From NCBI RefSeq assembly GCF_006345805.1, contig NC_042999.1, forward strand, positions 88,288,001 through 88,352,000: 64,000 bases of DNA, read 5' to 3'. Positions 1 through 12,985 of the stretch are shown here, in pieces. The notes under the pieces were generated by a model that was not told where the DNA came from, did not search any database, and worked only from the letters and a program-made list of their open reading frames with translations. The stretch comes from Octopus sinensis (lineage: Eukaryota). Both the position numbers and the translations under genes were made by a program. Positions within the stretch are counted from its first letter, which is position 1; every line of letters begins with the position of its first letter.

Positions 1-19
1 AGAGGAACTACCACTGATC

Positions 20-215
20 ACATTGCCTGCCTGGCAGAGGGCTTTGAGTACTTGATGACACTCTAGGTACTGAGCATCCCTCCTTGGTCTACACCTAATC
101 CAAAATTGTATGCACATGTTTAATTTCAATCATGCCCAGTGACTTATGCAGCATCTGAAGAAGATAAATGTTGTGCACTCTGTGAAAAGGTTTGCAAATC
201 AAGCTTTATATAAGA
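20..215 (-). mobile_element. Highly eroded LINE reverse-transcriptase remnant (RTE-like)
   Basis: The minus strand reads ...CTTGATTTGCAAACCTTTTCACAGAGTGCAC..., resembling FVDLEKAFDRVP, then GGTGTAGACCAAGGAGGGATGCTCAGT (GVDQGGMLS), resembling GVHQGSVLSP. Frames are broken. Confidence 0.35.
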
Positions 216-551
216 TATTTATTAGAGAGGTTGGAGCTTCTATACATCAGAGACCAATGAGAGTAGCATTTCTAGAGTTTCATAGGCAAAAGTTTCAAAT
301 CCTTTGTCTCTAGTGAGGCTGAGTTTCCATTTTCCAAAGAGGAAACATAGATCACAATAAACTACCACATCATTTGTATTATATTATTTATGAGCCAACA
401 AGATGCTATTGCCAATTGGACTGTTACTAGACAACTTAAAGTAAATCCTAGTCTTTCTTCCCATGTGGATAAACTCAAATATTTGCCTGCCTAAATATCA
501 ACTCAGCTATAGATGGGAGAATGTGAAAGGAAAGTAACTGAACATTTTTAA

Positions 552-737
552 CCCTGGCCCAAATATTCTACCTGTTCTATATTCAAACTGACCAAATCTG
601 ACCTCTCACACCAACCTAACAATGGCATTCTAAAAACAAACAATCACAAAACTATGAGATAATGAATGATTAATTCAAAACAATGGGAATAAATAAGAAT
701 CATATATAACAGAGTAATCTGAAAATCTGCAAATGGG
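552..737 (-). mobile_element. piggyBac-type MITE, eroded copy
   Basis: TTAA|CCC...GGG|TTAA ends (TTAA at 548-551 and 738-741). The body is the reverse complement of the 44058-44278 copy. Confidence 0.6.
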
Positions 738-960
738 TTAAATTCTGAAAGACAATCTATATTTCCCTTAATACGAGTGCTTCAACTGCCTCCCATTATC
801 TACCATACTTTATTTTACAGGGAGCAAATATAGGAATTGTTGTACTTCGGGATGGGGCATGGTCATGTTTTTTCTTTTTTTTTCCATAAAGACATGCACT
901 ATATATTCGTTCTTCACTCATTTATTACTGTTCTTATTTTAACTCATGTCCATTGTCCGG

Positions 961-1133
961 AAATCTTTCTTCACACATCTGTAACCTCTTCAGCAACACT
1001 TTCTGTCCTCATGTGTGCTCCTGCTCTGCTTAATCCCTGAAGAGGTCACAGATGTGTGATGAAAGATTTGGACTAAGCAGAGCAGGAGCACACATGAGGA
1101 CAGAAGGTGTTGCTGAAGAGGTTACAGAAGTGT
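961..1133. repeat. Interlaced inverted repeat A-B-A'-B'-A'(partial)
   Basis: 961-993 vs 1037-1069 (2 mismatches in 33); 994-1036 vs 1070-1112 (2 in 43); 973-993 vs 1113-1133 (1 in 21). Confidence 0.9.
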
Positions 1134-2083
1134 AATAAAATATTTGACAAATAAAAATAATAATAAAGACCATTTTGAAGTACAACAATATATGTTGCAA
1201 CACAAGATTTCACATCAGGAATCTTGCTACAAAATTCATAAACATAGGCAGTTTCTTATATAATTTCCTTCATAAGGAGAGTTAGAATCTAAAGAAATTG
1301 TAAACATTTATGTTTTAATGAAACTAAAAATTTCAATTTCATTGTAAAATGCAACATTTTTAAGCTTTCACTTCTTACCCTGTAATTTTCCAGATTCACT
1401 TAAGAATATTTTCACTCTTGTGCCTGTATTTTTCCTGTTAGTCCACTTTTTTAATTACAGAATAGAATACTTTACACAGTCTAAACATAATTGTCATTGA
1501 GACAAAACTCAAAAAGTATTAAGGATAAAATAATTTACTCTTTTGCAAAATGTTTAAAGTAGAGTGAAAATGTAAATTTTATAAATTGGTAAATTATTTA
1601 AAAATACTAATTAGGAACTAAAGACAAAAGAAAATATGTCAATAAAGTAGAAGCAGATTAATTTAAATGGCACCAGGCAGAAAATGGTACAGAAATTATG
1701 AGTTGAACAGTTTGAGGTAAAAATGGTTTGATCATGTTCACCTTTTTAAGAAGCACCAGTGGTGACACTCCTTATCACCATGGTGTTAAACAAGGAATGT
1801 TTGAATATTTCAATTAATTATAGTCATATAAAGATACTTTGGAGGTGAGACTCATAAAATCCATTATTAAAACATGATTCTGAAAAAATTTTTGAAAAAC
1901 AAATGTAAAAATCCCCAAAATAAACAGGTAAGTTGCATATTTGCCATATCTGTCTAAATTTCAACCCCTTTTTAACTGTTTATTGTCACTGATTACTGGT
2001 ACAGATTATCATTATTTGATTGGATCCTACTGATTATTTTAGTCTATATTTGTGGTTTGTGTGTATATACACATACACATATA

Positions 2084-3364
2084 CGAGGAACGTTCAATAA
2101 GTAATGCCCCTGACCCACTTGCATTTGTTTGATCTAGCTGAAATTTTGCATGTGCAATCATTTATATCTCTATAGATTAAGCGGCAAATTACAGCTCTGA
2201 ACCAATTGTGGTTTCTGATTTACAGGTGTTTGAACTGAGCCAAGTGTGAAATGGAGCCTGTTGAGTGATCCAGTTTTTGTATTTGAAAGGACGCACACCA
2301 CGCGAGTCTTTTGATGAAATGAAAGTAACTTATGGTGATGATGCCCCATCATATGCCCTTGTAAAACGTTGGCATCATGAATTCAAACATGGTCGGAACT
2401 CTGTGGAAACAGTTCCCAGATCTGGTCGCCTCCCTTCTGCCATTGATGAGGCATCTGTCCATCAAGTTGAGGCTGCCATTTTCGAAGATCGACGCACAAC
2501 TATTCGCCAAATAGCCCATGAGGTCAAGATTAGTACCGGGTCTGTGGAAACTATCATTCATGACCATTTGCATATGCAAAAGGTGTCTGCCAGATGAATT
2601 CCCAGGTTGCTCACACCTTTCCAGAAGCAAGAACGTGTTGAGTGCTCAAGGATGAATTTGGAAATGTGCCAAGAAGATGAGTCAAAATTTTCCAAAAGAC
2701 TGATTACACAGGATGAAACCTGGGTCCATCACTATGATCCAGAGAGCAAAGCCCAGTTAATGCAGTGGAAGCACCGTGACTCACCTCCTCCAAAGAAGGC
2801 AAGAGTGCAGCCCTCCGCTGGCAAGGTCATGCTCACAGTCATCGGGACCAGGATGAAGTAGTGATGACAGATTTCCTGGCAAAGGGTACCACAATTACAG
2901 GAGCCTATTATGCTTCACTTTTGAAGAAATTAAGAGAAGCTATCAAAATCAAGAGGCGGAGCAAGATCAGCAAAGGCATCCTCCTCCTGCAGGACAACGC
3001 TCCGGTTCACAACTCGCTTGTCGCCAGATCAGAAGCACAGACGTGTGGCTATGAACTCCTCCCCCATCCCCCTACTCGCCTGACTTTGCACCCTCTGATT
3101 TTCACCTCTTTCCAGCCATGAAGTTGTTTTTGAAAGGAAAGCGTTTCCCAGATGATGCAGCCTTGATTTCTGAAGTCATGTCGTGGTTGGAGGACTAAGC
3201 TGGGGTCTTCTACAAAAACGGTCTCCAGAGCTGCATCAAACGATGGGAGAAATGCGTAACTCTGGGTGGTTCCTATGTAGAAAAAGAATAATAACTGTGC
3301 CAAGTTTCGTTGCTCTACTGCTATGGGAAGTGGGTCAAGGGCATTACTTATTGAACGCCCCTCG
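2084..3364 (+). mobile_element. Full-length mariner (DD34D) DNA transposon, inactive
   Basis: 37-bp TIRs at 2084-2120 and 3328-3364 (3 mismatches). TA at 2082-2083; the right TA reads TT. Length about 1.28 kb, typical of mariner. Confidence 0.95.
2251..3291 (+). pseudogene. Mariner transposase pseudogene
   Basis: HTH region; SAR*IPRLLT (WVPHEL-like motif, W->TGA at 2595-2597); ITQDETW; LQDNAP; HPPYSPDFAPSDF with D34D spacing. Frameshifts near 2265, 2840 and 3068, plus a stop near 3195. Confidence 0.93.
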
Positions 3365-3464
3365 TTGTTATATGCATGTTCATGTATGTGTGTATGTATA
3401 GGCATAGCCAGTTTGGTGCCTTAGTGATCGCTCCCAAATCTGATGACGTTTTGCTACATAAGTA

Positions 3465-4085
3465 TTCTTCTATTGCACCAATCTTAACATGGTTCTCAGT
3501 ATTAAATACCTCTCTTTTATATCTTTTAAGAAAGGTTAATCACACTTCCGATTTTTTCTAAAATAATAGAGATATAAGGGCTTAAAGGATAATGCATGCC
3601 TTACTTTCTTTCAGATTTGACAACTTTTTGTACCATAAGCATTTCTACAGCACCAATTTTGATGCAATTTGTTGAATTACAGAATAGAATTATCTTGTTT
3701 AAATCTTTTAAGAAAGGTTAACTCTACTAAATTGTTTTATAAAATAACAGAGATATAATGATTTGAATACGATATTAGGCATTACTTGCCTTCTAATTTG
3801 GCCGCTTAGGCTTCATAAGTTTTTTTCTATTACACCAATTTTAGTGAAGTTTATAGAATTAGATTCCTCTCAATGAGATCTTTTAAGATGGTTTAACTAT
3901 ATGAGATTGTTTTTTAAAGTAACAGAAATATCATGAGATGAATACAATATCAGGCATTATTCCCTTTCTGATTCAACTGCATTTTCCTCATTGCTTTTTC
4001 CTAATGTATCAATATTAACGAGTTTAGAACTAAATTCCTCTCATTTAGATCTTTTTTTAAAAGTGTAACTAGAATAAAATATGAA
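3465..4085. repeat. Degenerate tandem array, about 4 units of 171-182 bp
   Basis: The anchor ATCTTTTAAGAAAGGTTAA and variants recur at 3521, 3703, 3878 and 4049. CACCAAT, GAGATAT and AGGCATTA motifs recur in register. Confidence 0.75.
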
Positions 4086-4162
4086 AGAAATAAGGAAACC
4101 ATACTACTTAGATGTTGCAATTATGCATCGTTTTCCCATTTTTTAAAACTGATTACATCCTT

Positions 4163-5575
4163 TATCTTTTAATTGTTTCAGTCATTTGACGGCAACCATA
4201 CTGGGACACCACCTTAAAGAATTTTAGTCGAACAAATCAACCCCAGAACTTATTATTTGTAGAACCTGGTATTTATTCCATCAGTCTTTTTAATCCAAAT
4301 CACTAAGTTACGAGGATGTAAACACACCAACACCAGTTGTCAAGTGGTAGTAGGAGACAAACAGACACAAAGACACACACACACACGCATGCACGCACAC
4401 ATATGCACACACACACACTCATATATATATATATATATATATATAATGCAAAAATGGGACAAGAACGCAAAACATCCATACAATTAGGTGATACAAAAAA
4501 GGGATAACAAAACATCTAGCCAGATGAAACAAAGAAAACAAGGACGGGTCATTCAGAATTTTCTTTCCTCATTTGAGTTCCAGACTATCTTTGCAATTTT
4601 GGCTGGTTATACTCAAGATTGCTCCAATCTGGCCAGCCCCCCAAAAAACTAAGCTAAGAGGATTAGATTCCTTGGAAGGAAGCAGCGAATGTATATCAAA
4701 ACAAGGACAAGAAAAAATGGAGAAATGTTACACAAATACAATTGCAAGTAACAGAACATAACAACAGGTGTTTTTCGACTAATGACGAATTAAATTAAGC
4801 TGGCGTGTGTGGAAGTAAAGCCTTACGGCAGGGACATAAGATTTGACTGGTACAGGGAGGAATATAAATGTTGCAGGGATGGTAGTTGAACCAAGAAAGA
4901 AAGGCCAGGCTTGACTGAAGACCGGTCACGTGGGGAGAGAAGAGAGAGAGGTAGAAGCAGGGGGATAGAAGAATTAAGGAGGGGCAAGAAAAAATGAAAG
5001 GGAAAAAGTGAAGTGAAAGAGGACGGAAATGATCATGAAGAGAAGGTCAGGAAATGTGAGAGATGGCGAACGAAAGAACAAAGAGTGGAATGAAGGAGGT
5101 AAGTGTGGAAGAGCTGATAGAAAGAAGGAAAGAATAGAAAGAATAATAGAGTTGTACAAAATTTAGATATACATATACTTACATATAAGAGACCAAAGTG
5201 TACATATGCCACTATATTCTTATATATAAATACTACAAAAATGGAACAAGAACGCAAAACATCCAGACAGTTAGGTGATGCAAAAAAGGGACAGCAAAAT
5301 ATCCAGACAGACGATACAAAGCAAACAAGGATGGATCATTCGGAGCTTTCTTTCCTCAGTCGAGTTCCAGATTATCTTTGCAATATATATATATATATAT
5401 ATATACAACTTTTTTCTTTCAGTTTCTGTGTTTGTTCCTACCAAATCCACTCAGATGGTTTTTGTCAGCCTGAGGTTATAGTAGAAGATATTTGCCCAAG
5501 GCGCTGTGTAGTGGGACTGAACCCAGAACCATGTTGTTAGGAAGCAAACATTTTACCACATAGCCATGCTTGTGT
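4163..5575 (-). mobile_element. tRNA-headed SINE (family 1) split by an insertion in its internal microsatellite
   Basis: 3' half at about 4163-4370 and 5' half at about 5405-5575 match the intact copies at 27785-28185 and 61675-62110. Confidence 0.75.
4445..5383 (-). mobile_element. Element bounded by ~145-bp direct repeats (Penelope-like, inferred)
   Basis: About 4448-4592 and 5236-5383 are diverged direct repeats (AAAATGG.ACAAGAACGCAAAACATCC...CTTTGCAAT). (TA)n lies on both sides. The class assignment is inference. Confidence 0.45.
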
Positions 5576-7924
5576 CCCCTAAAGCCATAACCATGATTTT
5601 ACTTGCATCTAATTTGGTCTGGAATTAGATTATCTGGACGGTGTGGAAGTGGTTGTGTAAAAGTAAATGTTGACCTTAAGAATATTATTCAACCACAGCC
5701 ATTTGTGAATGGTATAGATAACTTGAAACTAGATACTTTGTTTCTAACTTATAACACAATTACAATGGTTCTTTCAAGTTTTTGGAATTCTCTGCAAGAA
5801 AAATTCTTTCATTATCTAATTAATGTATATAAGTGGAACTATTATAATATTTTATATGTACATAGATACACACACACATGCACACCCCACTGCCACCACT
5901 GCTACTGCCACTGCCACCACCACTGCACCACTGTCGATGCCATCGCCACCTCCACCACTGCAGGACTGTTTTCCATGGTTGCATGGTTTGACCTGAGTTG
6001 GCCTGTCAGAGAACTGTGCCATACTCTATTGTTTGTCTTGGCATAGTTTCTGTGGTTGAATGCCCTGCCTGACACTGAATGCTTTACAAAGTGTATTGGA
6101 TGCCTTTTTCATGGCACCATCACTTGTGGGGGTGGGGTGTCACCAAGTACATTTGTAAGACAAAGTCACCTTGACTTGGGGGACAGGTATTCAAGGAGAT
6201 GGCTTTGTGCCAGTTGGTGAGCTGCTAAAAGAATAGAGAATAATGGAAACAATTCAAGGATAGCCCAGTTGGAAAAGAAGGGAGAGAAAAAGAGACTGAG
6301 GGAGAAAGACAGAGAGGGGGAGAGTGAGAGAGATGATTGCGGATATGTGTCAGGGACATCCTCAAGATACAGTTAGGAATGAATATAGGTGGACTGAAAC
6401 AGAGGCTTGGACTGGGCGAATGAACAGGGGGATATGTGTGTGTGTGTATGTATTATCCCATGTTTTTACAAATTGCCACCTATTGCCTCCTCTTCCCTGA
6501 TCAACTGACCCACTCCTATATATATACAAATATATATATATAAGCAAAAATTTAGATTCAGATGAAAATGGTACTTAAGTTGAGGCACCAGAATTTAGTA
6601 CAGTATTATCCTGTGCATATGTGTGTGTGTATAGACATGCATCTGATGAAATGGATGTCATATGCACCTACAAAATTTTAAGTCCTGTGGAGCAGTGTCA
6701 AACTTATTAAATGCAACCAAATGTGTTGAGGGCAGTTTTTGTTTTTCATTTATTCACACAGAAAAAAGCATTTGGGTTGGCATACTCAACTAAAATCCTC
6801 TACTGTGCCCCAATATAGCTACAGACATATGACTGAAGCCAATAATAAATTAAAAGACAATATGAGAGGGTTACAGTCACTACCTTTATATTCTGAGCTA
6901 TTACTGCTATTTATTTCATTATATAATATTTATGAAATGATTTGATATTATGAACAAAAAATTATAAATAACAGAATAGGCCACTACTAATATATTGCAG
7001 TATATTTAAAACAAAAATAGTCCACTTTATTTGTTTAGTTTAGATTGATATCTGAAGTTATTGTTTTTTAATAAAGTTATTTCTTAATACTACAGAAGTT
7101 TGTGTAAATTAATTTACCCCTTCAAAGGAAAACTTTAGCTGCAGCAATTTAAAATACCTTCATCTTCAGCTTAATTTAAATAAATATTTGCATTTAAAAG
7201 ACAAAATGAAACAAGTAAGTCTACATTTTCCACACACCCACTCTCACTCCATTCTATAGCAGAAATGAGAAAAACACCCCCACCAAAAAAAAAAAAAACA
7301 TTTTATGAAATATAAACCAAAAATGATAGTTAATAGAAACAAAAAAGAATTATTTTTCCTTTATATCTTTGTATATGGTCAGTCAGTATTGGAATGTACT
7401 ATGCACATCTAACAATTATTGCTATCAGTCACTAAATAAGTATTATTATATGTGCTTTTATGTATCTGTCTATAACCATTCTCCAGGCCACAATTACAGG
7501 AGGGCAAAGAAGAGACAAGCAAAGCAAGTCCAAGTCTGATAATATCAAGTTATATCTGTTTGAAGAAAACAAGGACAGCAATGATTGCTGACTATCAGAG
7601 TATCCAGAATGCTGTGACACCTCTGTTAAGGAATAAAGAAAGAAGGGAATTTCTCTATTCATATTTATTTACCTATTATAATTCTTTCTTGTAGGTTGGA
7701 GCTGGTTTCTAATAAAGAAACACAGCTTCATCACTAGAATTTCAATATTAACAATGATAAGTGTTTTATGCTGAGTTTCAGAAAAATCTTGCAAATTTTT
7801 ACTTTCCCACTTACAAATTTTGCTTGTCAAGTACATGTTAGCTGGTCTCTTTCTTTGTCTGAAAACCTAGCTTTTCCAGATTATCTTGTAGGCATTTACT
7901 AAAATAATTATCTGCACCAGTTTA

Positions 7925-8438
7925 GTTGTGACCCCCTTTGATCACGAATGACCATGGGATTGCACCTAGAAAGTTACCCTCCGAGGCACAAGTCTGGGCA
8001 AGGTTGTTTATGGAAGACCAGCAGTTGCCCATGCATACAAACCTCCCCTCTCCACGCCACCAATGTTATCCAAGGGAAAGGCAAAGGCACATACAACTTG
8101 GCACCAGTGACATTGCAGCTCATTTATTAACATGCAAGTGGCTGAGCACTCCACAGACACGTGTACCCTTAACATAGTTCTCAGGGAGATTCAGCATGAC
8201 ACAGAGTGTGACAAGGCTGGCCCTTTGAAATACAGGTACAATAGAAACAGGAAGAAAGAGCTTGAAAAAGTTGTGGTGAAAGAGTACAGCAGAGTTCCCC
8301 CCCCCCTCTGCTGTAGCCTTGTGGAGCTTTAGGTGTTTTTGCTCAATAAACACTCACAATGCCCAGTCTGGGAATCGAAACCGTGATCCTACAGTCGCGA
8401 TTCTGCTGCCCTAACCACTAGGCCATTGCACCTCCACA
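7925..8438 (-). mobile_element. tRNA-headed SINE (family 4)
   Basis: The minus-strand head GGAGGTGCAATGGCCTAGTGGTTAGGGCAG...GGTTTCGATTCCC has A/B-box-like motifs. The body recurs at about 28320-28625 (-) and 29295-29560 (+). Confidence 0.8.
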
Positions 8439-9600
8439 TCTGCACCAGTAATTACTTAGATAAATGTTAATTTATAATCAGGTTAGTGTGGTTTTCAGGT
8501 TTCAAAGCAGTTGTTCATAAATATTCTTCTTGATTATTTTGGAAGATATATTCACATCTGCATGTGTGATTTTTTTTTCTCAAATAACTATATAAGGCAG
8601 ATTCTTTGCACTTGAAAGGAGTTTTGTAGAATATCGCACAAATATTCCTTGAATTTGTTGTTTGTTTGTTTGTTTGTTTGTTTGCATGCATGTATTGTGT
8701 CATTATTCAGTTTTATTTCAAGATTTCCTGCCAATAGCAAAAGAGCTGGTTTCTAACCTAGATCCATGGCTCCTTCATTAGAATTTCAACATCAACAACA
8801 GGCTGTGTATGTTTGTATGTATGAATATATGTATGTGTTTATGTGTGAGTGTATGTGTGTGTGAATGTATTCATGAATGTATGTATACATGCATGTATGT
8901 ATGTATCTGTACGTATGTGTGCGTGATTTTATGTATGTAAGTATGTATGCATGCATGTATGTATGGATCCATCCATCCATCCATTAATTAACAGGTGCGT
9001 TGTCCATATTTATATATAAGACATGTTTTCTATGGAATAAGATAAATACCAGTTGAGTAGAGGAGTCAATATAATCGATTTACCCTGTGCCCTAACTTGC
9101 TGTCTTTGAAACCATTATTATCATCCGCCCCAAGTTTACAGGTCACATGCCCATATATAACCTTTTTATGGTATGTAAAGTGTTTCTCTTCCAAGTCTTG
9201 CTATGATATGCTGGTCTTGCATTTCTGTGCTCACATATGAGGTCATCAAAAAATAGATATTTTCTTGCTGAGGTCACCACCAGTCCATAGAATATATTCA
9301 CTTCACTTTTGAGCACTCATATTTATTTTTGCTATTGTTCTTTGGTATATCATATAGTACTCAAAGCTGTTTGTACTGGTCTTAAGCTCTTCTTCTCTTT
9401 TATTTTCTAAGATAGTTTGTCAATATCACTGTTTGTGTGTAAGTTTACAGTTTGCTAAAAGACAAATCTTTTTGAGTTCAGAGAGTAAATACGTGGTTGA
9501 GTTGATGTGCTAGGCTTGAGTTGGTGTGGGGAGAAGGATATTCGATTACATCAACCATAGTGCGTAACTGGTACTTATTTAATCGACCCCTAAAAATGCT

Positions 9601-11752
9601 TCTGACATAAATTTCACAGACACAATTGACATTTTATGTAGGATATTTAGTGAGAAAACATTGTTACTCAACACACATTGCATGTGTTTGAACACAGAAA
9701 AGCAATGACGAAGACTTTACCATATATGCAGGTAGAATGAACAAAGAGTGCTAGAGATTTAAACTGGATAAACGAACTCCAGTCTCGTTCATGTGCCTGA
9801 TTTTGGGGACGCAGAAGTCAGAACGAAAATTCTCATATAGCTGGAGATAAACCAGGATATAACTCTCCAGAAACTGAAGAGTGATATTAAAGTAAGCCAC
9901 GACACAGAAAAGAAAAACGCAGAGATTGTTTACAGATAAAAGAGGTGTCGAAGAGTCAGAAGGCAGGTTAAGTATTTCACAAAATTCACGATAAAAAGTA
10001 GGAGATAAACCCCTGTATTGCTTGCGGTGGTAGACACCTGAAAAAAGAGTGTTCGTTCAAAAAAGCAAAGTGTTTTCATTGTGGGTATATAGAACACATT
10101 AAACCGAATTGCAGAACTAAGATGACAAAAAATTGGACTAAACGAGAAAAAAAAGAATAGTTTGTCATCAGAGAAAAAAAAAGTTTGTACAACGAACAGA
10201 AAATTTATAAAGGTGTGAATCGAAACCACTAGTGTCAAAATGCAATTAGACACAGGTAGTGGCATCACTACCATAAATGAAGGAACTTGGCGACAAATCG
10301 CTAAGTCAAAATTATTTAAATCAAATAAAGTAGCATATGGTGTTACAGGAAAGAAATTATATTTTATTGGCGTATATATTTGCAATGTAACTTTACGAGA
10401 TGAAACGAAAAGGACAATAATTTATATGTTGAAAAAAATTACTAAACCTATTTGGCACAAAATGCATGGAATTATTTAAAATGTGGATAGCCCCATTAGT
10501 GTTCTCTGTGAAAATGTAGTCGGCATAGTTAAAATTTCGAACTGAGACAAAAAATTAAAAAATTGTTTCCAAATGTTTTTTTTAAAGTATTAGGCTGTTG
10601 CACTAAAACAAAAGCGAGGATCGCGGTTAAAGAAAAGGCGATGCGTGTTTTTAGGTTCAAATGGAATGTACGTTTGCGGTGTGGGACCAGGTCAATAAAG
10701 AGCTAGAAAGACTAGAAAGTCTAGCTATAATTGAAAAAGTCGGCCATTCAAACTGGGAAGCTCCGACATGTAAAAAAAAAAGTAATAAAGTGAGAGTGAG
10801 CAGACTTTTCCACTGGATTAAAAGACTTTTATTGAACATAATTATCCATTACCAAGCCCAGAAGTTTTCTCAAAACTTTTCCTTCATTTAGAGGAAAACT
10901 TTTTCTTGAAGTTAGACCTCTTGGGGAGCTATCTATAGATACAGGTAGAGGAAGATTGCACACACTTTTTAACAATCAACACACACCGTGGATTGTATAA
11001 ATTCAAGCGGCTTCCTTTTGGAGTAAAAGTGGCAACTGCCATATTCCAGCAAGTGATGAAGCAATGTTAAATGACTGCAACTTCACTATCACTTATCTCC
11101 ATGATATTTTGATAAAGAGTGAGTCAGTAGAGCAACACTTCGAACATATTAAAAAAGTATTCGGAAAAATAGATGAACACAGGTTTAGACTGACAGAGGA
11201 AAAGAATGAATTTTTGATGAAAAAAATCAAATATTTATGTAAGTAATTGACAAAAGGGGACGAAGGCCAGACCCATCAAGGGCAATGATGGCAATATGGA
11301 GTATGCCTCCCCCAACAAACGTCAAGTTATTACAAGTATTTTTAGGTTTGGTAAATTACTATCAAGTATATATTCTAAACGTACAAAACACAAGGGCTCC
11401 ATTAAACGAGCTGTTAAAAAGGGATGCCAAATGGTTTTGGTCAAAATATGCCAGAAGGCATTTGAGGAACTAAAAAGCAGGTTAACTTCAGACTTGTCGC
11501 TTACACACTTCGATCCGAAGTTGGAAACGATACAGGCAACAGATGCTGGTGAATACAAGGTAAGTTCCGTACACCTACACAAAGCTGAAGATGGCAGCCA
11601 AAAAGTTATAGGTCACGTGTCAAGGACGCTATTGCCAGCAAAAAAGAATTATAGCTAAATTGAAAAAGAGGCATTGGTGATTATATTTGACATAAAAAAG
11701 TTTCACAGATTTATACATGGTTGACTGTTTAGACTACAAACAGACCATTATC
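9601..11752 (+). mobile_element. Gypsy/Ty3 LTR-retrotransposon internal remnant (gag, protease, RT, RNase H)
   Basis: Gag DFTIYAGRMNKEC; double Zn knuckle CIACGGRHLKKEC..KCFHCGYIEHIKPNC; protease QLDTGS; RT RLPFGVKVATAIFQQ and YLHD (degenerate YLDD); RNase H TDAGEY...NYS*IEKEAL...LQTDH. Many stops and frameshifts. No integrase or LTR seen. Confidence 0.92.
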
Positions 11753-12904
11753 AAAGAAAGAATGCTGCTCTAGGAGCTGCTTTTCAAGTCTTATGATGTT
11801 ATCAGCCTCATGTATGTAAACTTGGTCAAGGGATGCGCTTCAACACTTGGTGGTTAATAGATGTTGCTGAAGGGATATAATACAACATTCAAAGGCATTC
11901 TGGATCAATGATGAGTCTTTGCCACCCTGTTTTTATTAGGTAGAGGTAGTCTGCATCATGGGTGGATGGATGGAGGGACGGATGGAGGGACAGACATTTG
12001 GATGGATGGATGGATTATTGTGTGCATGTATGTACGCATTTTTATTATTTTGTTTTCTTACATGTCTGCTAATCTTGTTTTTATATGACCCTTCTATTAC
12101 ATTTTGTTTATAAGTAACTGGTTTTGTTTTACCATTATAATCACCCCAGCTCACCCAGAATAAATTAAAGTAACTTCCTAAATATATCAAAATCTAAATA
12201 CTTGAAAACAGAGTTACTTCATTTTTCATTAAAAACATAATTGAACTTCTTAACTTTAATAGTTTCTGAGATATTCAAGCAAGCAGCAGTATAAAAACTA
12301 AAGTACCTAATATTTTAGTGGCTGGATAATTTGGAGAGATTTGAATTGAAGAAATGCTAGCAGTTAATCAAAATAAATTTAATTATTACAATAAAATTAA
12401 CAAACATATCAGTTGAAATCACTTTAACTAAAGTAATTTCTAACCCCCCCCCTATCTTGTCAGTTACATGGAAGTTTAAATCATGCTCATTGATATTTCC
12501 TTTTAGTAAAAACTAAAAAAGAATAGAAAAAGCACAAGTTAGTTTAAAATAATGCAAAGCAATATAAACACGTCAGACTATCTCAAAGTAGTTAAATAAT
12601 ACTGTTTAACTGAAACGCATATCTCTATGCATAACAGAATGCTCTGATAAATATAATGTTTCCCAAAGGAGATAAAAACAGAGAGAGAAAGTAACCACAT
12701 TATATATAAATAATAACAGCATTATGTTATACACTTATGATAAAGAGAATGGAACTTCTACTACATCACACAGACTTAGTATTATAGAATAAAAATATTG
12801 TAAACTGATTGTTACAAAAATATTCCCCATAACTAATAGATTGAACAAAAATAAATTGCAAGAACTATGACACATAAGCAAAAAAGAAAAACCCGAAGAA
12901 TGAT

Positions 12905-12985
12905 CATGGTGGTGGTGATGATAATGATGATGATGAAGATGATGATGCTAACAATGATGATGATGACGATGATGATGATGATAAT
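12905..12985. repeat. (GAT)n degenerate microsatellite
   Basis: Direct reading. Confidence 0.9.
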
